Shown here one piece after another: positions 60,244 to 64,000 of a DNA stretch of 64,000 nt. The DNA comes from Promethearchaeia archaeon (GTDB taxonomy: Archaea; Asgardarchaeota; Lokiarchaeia; Sigyniarchaeales; SOKP01): assembly GCA_046483985.1 (NCBI GenBank), contig JAWOCD010000017.1, positions 1 to 64,000 on the forward strand. Reading direction: 5' to 3'. A program made the translations under genes and the position numbers. Below the pieces are notes generated by a model. That model was not told the DNA's origin, ran no database searches, and was given only the letters and a program-made list of their open reading frames with translations. The stretch's first letter is position 1. The number at the start of each line of letters is the position of its first letter.

Positions 60244-60474
60244 GTGAACAAAAAGAAACCAAAATGCGTGGTCTGCGGAATGGAATTAGAATATAAGAGT
60301 TCCAATAAGCAGCTAAAATGTTCAAAATGCAATGCCTCGTATGACCCCGAGATTTTCGAAGTAGAAGAAGAAGGGAATAAGAAGAAAATTCAATTTAAAA
60401 GAATAAAGATAGTGGGCGCGGTGTTAGCTGCATTTTATCTGTTGTTCATACTGAGCAGACTAATTTTGTATTAA
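60244..60474 (+). CDS. Small zinc-ribbon protein with C-terminal TM helix (tail-anchored)
   Basis: CVVC..CSKC, basic stretch, terminal hydrophobic helix. Confidence 0.7.
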   Translation: MNKKKPKCVVCGMELEYKSSNKQLKCSKCNASYDPEIFEVEEEGNKKKIQFKRIKIVGAVLAAFYLLFILSRLILY

Positions 60475-60586
60475 TGTTTATCCATATTTTTTCCTCTGAT
60501 TTTCTCTCCAGCAATACAATAATAAAACTAATAAACTTTAAAATCAAAATTAATACAAGTTTACAGAATAATACTTAATAAGAATA

Positions 60587-61462
60587 GTGAAGAAGATGCC
60601 GATTAGTGAAGATTTGATAATAATCGAGTCAAAAGCTTATGTGAATATGCTTTTACATGTGTTACGCTTCGGCTCCGATGAACTTGATAAGAAATTATGG
60701 AGAGAGGTAATGGGGGTTTGTGTGGGGGAAATTGATGAGAAAAACGACCAAGTGGTTATCCACGATGCTATTCCTATAACTCACGGAAAAAAGGTGGAAG
60801 TGGAATATTCTGAAAATGACTATGCACGCGTTGAAATGCTTCAAGAGGAGTTTCCCGAGGGACAGTTTATTGTTGGCTGGTATCATTCTCACCCCGGGAT
60901 GGGGCCGTTTCTTTCGGAAGTGGATAAGGTCAATCAAATCTATTGGCAAAATGTGAATGCAAAAGCAGTGGCATTAGTCTTTGATCACACATTGCTTTCA
61001 GATGAGGGGCACGATGGATTGGAGATTTTTCGTCTTACAGACGTGGAAAAAGGAAATAAGAGTGATTTCCATGGCGTTGATTACAAAGTCAAGCCCCCAG
61101 AAGATAAGTCAATTTATCGGAAATTCGTTGAGATAGCAAATAACGTCCATAGAGAAGATCCCATTATGATGGAGGAAGGCGAGGTGGTAGATATGTTTGA
61201 AAAGATGAGCATTGGCACGGCAAAAAAGCCTGAAGAAGATGATCTTAAATCATATGTAATCAATAACACCACGATGATGCTCCAAACTATCAGGGATTTA
61301 AAAAATTCCATGACCACCGGAGTTACCCGATTGCAGAATTGGTTTGAAAAGGGGCTGCGGGAAGGAATAAAGGATCCCCTCAACGACTTAGAATACGAGT
61401 TCTGGCAATTAAAGAAACAGATTAAGAAACAGACTGGAATCGAAGACGATGAAGATTCTTAA
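60587..61462 (+). CDS. MPN+/JAMM metalloprotease, Rpn11/CSN5-like, with C-terminal helical extension
   Basis: MLLH, EVMG, VGWYHSHPG...FLS.VD, Q..WQ, ALVFD. Confidence 0.9.
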   Translation: MKKMPISEDLIIIESKAYVNMLLHVLRFGSDELDKKLWREVMGVCVGEIDEKNDQVVIHDAIPITHGKKVEVEYSENDYARVEMLQEEFPEGQFIVGWYHSHPGMGPFLSEVDKVNQIYWQNVNAKAVALVFDHTLLSDEGHDGLEIFRLTDVEKGNKSDFHGVDYKVKPPEDKSIYRKFVEIANNVHREDPIMMEEGEVVDMFEKMSIGTAKKPEEDDLKSYVINNTTMMLQTIRDLKNSMTTGVTRLQNWFEKGLREGIKDPLNDLEYEFWQLKKQIKKQTGIEDDEDS

Positions 61463-61644
61463 TTTTCTTTTTCTCTTTTAATTTTACCATCCTTCTAATG
61501 CTCTTATTTAGATTTGAACTATCACGTCATAAATTTCAATGAGCATAACGAAATGTACAAACTCTTTCGTTTTTAATGAAATCATTAGTTGAAAGTTGGT
61601 AAAAAGACTCAAGTATCGCTACGGGGGAAGCCTAAATTATTACT

Positions 61645-61745
61645 TTTAAAGTTTACGCAAAACTTTAAATATATTGCTTGAACTTTAAATATCGAGGGGG
61701 AAAGAGCCCTATTTTGTCACTATTTCAAATACATATATTTATATA
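61645..61745 (+). promoter_or_regulatory. Three AACTTTAAA sites and a TATA box
   Basis: Inverted copy at 61645-61653; direct AACTTTAAATAT at 61661 and 61681; TTTATATA at 61738-61745. Confidence 0.45.
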
Positions 61746-61752
61746 TCACCAT

Positions 61753-61900
61753 AAGTTTTAAGATAATACAATTGGAATGAGAAAATTGTTTACGAAAAAG
61801 TGCACTAGAAAGGTTCTATACCTTTAGAGTGCCGTTATAGCTGAGCTATAACTAGTAAACGAAAAAACTCGATTCCAATTTATAAAACTTTTTTCTTTTC
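61753..61900 (+). ncRNA. Candidate structured ncRNA (multibranch)
   Basis: Nested stems 61770-81/61868-80 and 61786-93/61855-62 enclose hairpins 61802-32 and 61834-52; upstream TATA and downstream T-tract; strand uncertain. Confidence 0.45.
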
Positions 61901-61971
61901 ACATCATTAGTGGTTCAATCGATTTAATCAATTTAAATTTTGAAAAACTTGATGGGGTTAAATCTTTTCAT

Positions 61972-62616
61972 TTACTTTTTCTTTAATCCTTTGCAGATCT
62001 TCAATAACCCTTCAAAACCCTCTAATGTCCATTTTCCATCAATACGTCGATATGGAAACTTTTGGCATGCAATAGGCTTTATGGGATGAAGAACACAGAG
62101 GGAATCTTCCAGAAATATACAATCTCCCGTGGGATCTGTTTGAGCAATATACGATAAGCCCAAGTCCATCGCGTGTAGCGTGGTTTGAAAATCTTTCGGA
62201 ACGAATTTAGGCCATGACCACTTATACGGTCTCGGAAATAGATAGATATCTCCCAAAGCTTTGTGTTTGCGATGTTTACCTTCCCCCATATATTCATGAT
62301 GGTTGAAAAGAAAATCGTAAATTTTTTCTGTCTTCGGGATATCAATTAGTTTCGCACATTTTTCAGGATTGTTTCTCACGTATGCCATAAAATCTTCGTC
62401 CCATTCCGATTTCCATGAAGAATTATTCAAGCCAATAATGGAAATCTTTCTCGGATCGACTTGAAGGTTCTTATATACACCAGTTCTACTTTCTTGTTTC
62501 CAAACAAGTAAATCTTCTTTAAAAATAGGAACGTACCACCCTTGACGACAACAATTGCCGCATTGCACGCACTTGAACTTGTACTCCGAATGCTTTGATT
62601 TTTTCATAACTTCCAA
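61972..62616 (-). CDS. YkgJ family CxxCxxCC cysteine-cluster protein with large insertion
   Basis: CVQCGNCC ... CIFL...CVLH..KP.AC..FP. Confidence 0.85.
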   Translation of the reverse strand: MEVMKKSKHSEYKFKCVQCGNCCRQGWYVPIFKEDLLVWKQESRTGVYKNLQVDPRKISIIGLNNSSWKSEWDEDFMAYVRNNPEKCAKLIDIPKTEKIYDFLFNHHEYMGEGKHRKHKALGDIYLFPRPYKWSWPKFVPKDFQTTLHAMDLGLSYIAQTDPTGDCIFLEDSLCVLHPIKPIACQKFPYRRIDGKWTLEGFEGLLKICKGLKKK

Positions 62617-62778
62617 AGTCTAAATTTTCTTAGAATCTTTCCAGGTAAAATAGTATTAAAATTCATTTATTTTTTTCTGTGGCAAATTCTGCTTGAATTT
62701 CGCGAAGAATTATTAGGATTTAATTCGTGATAAAAGAATTATGCAAGTTCATGTGCATTATCTGAAATTTAAAGGGAT

Positions 62779-64000
62779 CTACTTAGTTATCCAAATCGGT
62801 GAGAGCCAAGCCATGTGATTATCGGGCAAATGAATTCGCACATAGTAGAACATAAATTCCTGGGATTTTTCAGGATGCATAAATGTGTCTTGAAAAAAAT
62901 CGGAATTATCTATGAATGTTTCCTTAAATGAGTGAGTATCGGGCTCTAAACTTGCAAAAATTTCATTATTCCGAATTAATTCAACTTTTTTAATAGTTAA
63001 TCCGCTAAACACTTTAATAAGAATCTCTCTTTTCGTTTTAAGGTGTGAATTTTCTTCTAAGTCTATGATATCTCCTAAAGAATGTCTGTTAATCCAAAAA
63101 TTACCAATAATCCGTGGACCTGTAGTTCCGTAACATTTTCTGCTTTTCAGTGCTTCCCAAATATTCTCTTTGGTTAGATCTTTTGCCCAGACACCAAGAA
63201 TTCCGGGGGGATAGATGCCGTTGCGGACATCAATGGGTCCAGAAGGATAAATTCCATAGTGATCGTCCCCTCCAGCAGTAAATCCCAACTTATTCCCCTG
63301 CTTTAGGGCGGTTTGGACAAAGCCTTCTTCTTTTTCTAAAACGGGCCCCCTTTCATCACCGTATTTTCCCCAACTGTATAATTTATAACGTGGTGGAAGT
63401 ATATTTCCATCCCGATATGAGTTTTCTTGATTCCCCCATGAAGAATATATCTCCACTAGATCTTCAAGAGAATCGTCAGAAAAAGTCCAATCTCGGTAGC
63501 CAGGTCTTACCGCGGTATGATGAGCTATCAAAAGGACTTGATCCCGATATCTTTTGAGATACTTAAAGAGTTTTGGAATCGAATTATATTTATTTAGTTC
63601 TGACCTGAGAATCGGTAAATTGTCGGACCGGTGATAGATACAGACATCTCCAAATCCTCCAGTATACCAGCTTCCCCATTCATATCCGAAAAAGCTAACA
63701 AAATCGTCTCGTTTATTATATTTGCGCACTATCTTTTTGATGTGGGAAAAATCAGCATCGGTAGTTTCCCAAGAGTGATCGTGCTCTGAGCACGTTCCAA
63801 AATCCAACTTAGCGTTAATAAGATTTTGAAAATATTGTTCTGCACTGATCATTCCATCACTCTTTCGGGTATGCCCATGAAGAAAACCCCAGTATAACTG
63901 ACGGTCTTCACCTTTTAACTTATTGACACATAAAATCGGATTTGAGTCAAAACTTTGATATTGCGTAGAAACACGAATCTTAAAGAGTCCCGGTTTATGA
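62779..64000 (-). CDS. DUF3604/PHP-like metallohydrolase (5' end outside the window)
   Basis: Frame stays open to the window edge (SNP...LYWGFLHGHTRKSDG); SEHD, GYEW, AHH, VEIYS, GGDDH, YGTTG. Confidence 0.82.
   Translation of the reverse strand, partial: HKPGLFKIRVSTQYQSFDSNPILCVNKLKGEDRQLYWGFLHGHTRKSDGMISAEQYFQNLINAKLDFGTCSEHDHSWETTDADFSHIKKIVRKYNKRDDFVSFFGYEWGSWYTGGFGDVCIYHRSDNLPILRSELNKYNSIPKLFKYLKRYRDQVLLIAHHTAVRPGYRDWTFSDDSLEDLVEIYSSWGNQENSYRDGNILPPRYKLYSWGKYGDERGPVLEKEEGFVQTALKQGNKLGFTAGGDDHYGIYPSGPIDVRNGIYPPGILGVWAKDLTKENIWEALKSRKCYGTTGPRIIGNFWINRHSLGDIIDLEENSHLKTKREILIKVFSGLTIKKVELIRNNEIFASLEPDTHSFKETFIDNSDFFQDTFMHPEKSQEFMFYYVRIHLPDNHMAWLSPIWITK

Noticed and set aside
61620-61710. 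G-strings suggesting ORB replication-origin boxes
   Set aside because: No TCCA..GAAA ORB core and no cdc6/orc1 gene nearby.
61831-61852. tRNA-like start GCCGTTATAGCTGAG
   Set aside because: No anticodon or T-arm (GTTCRA); it is one arm of a palindrome.

Overview
AT-rich archaeal chromosomal segment, most likely from an Asgard archaeon (Lokiarchaeia-like). This is inferred from a gelsolin-domain protein, an Rpn11/CSN5-like JAMM protein, a TMEM62-like phosphoesterase, Alba, XPB-Bax1, an HdrA-MvhD fusion and a RACo corrinoid activator. It holds about 55 CDS, mostly metabolism, transport and membrane proteins, plus two intact VapBC toxin-antitoxin pairs. I saw no rRNA, tRNA or CRISPR array. The main points of interest are: (1) a tandem pair of paralogues with a vWA domain, a C4HC3 (PHD/RING-like) finger and a zinc ribbon, resembling eukaryotic TFIIH p44/p34; (2) two tandem cas6 paralogues with no array or other cas genes in the window; (3) a divergent pair of a ribbon-helix-helix (RHH) gene and a single cyclin/TFIIB-fold gene, with repeated operator-like sites; (4) a candidate structured ncRNA near 61.8 kb with its own TATA box and U-tract; (5) several degenerate IS200/IS605 ends, including a mini-element that keeps only the tnpB 3' end. 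All family calls come from reading motifs by eye; no searches were run.
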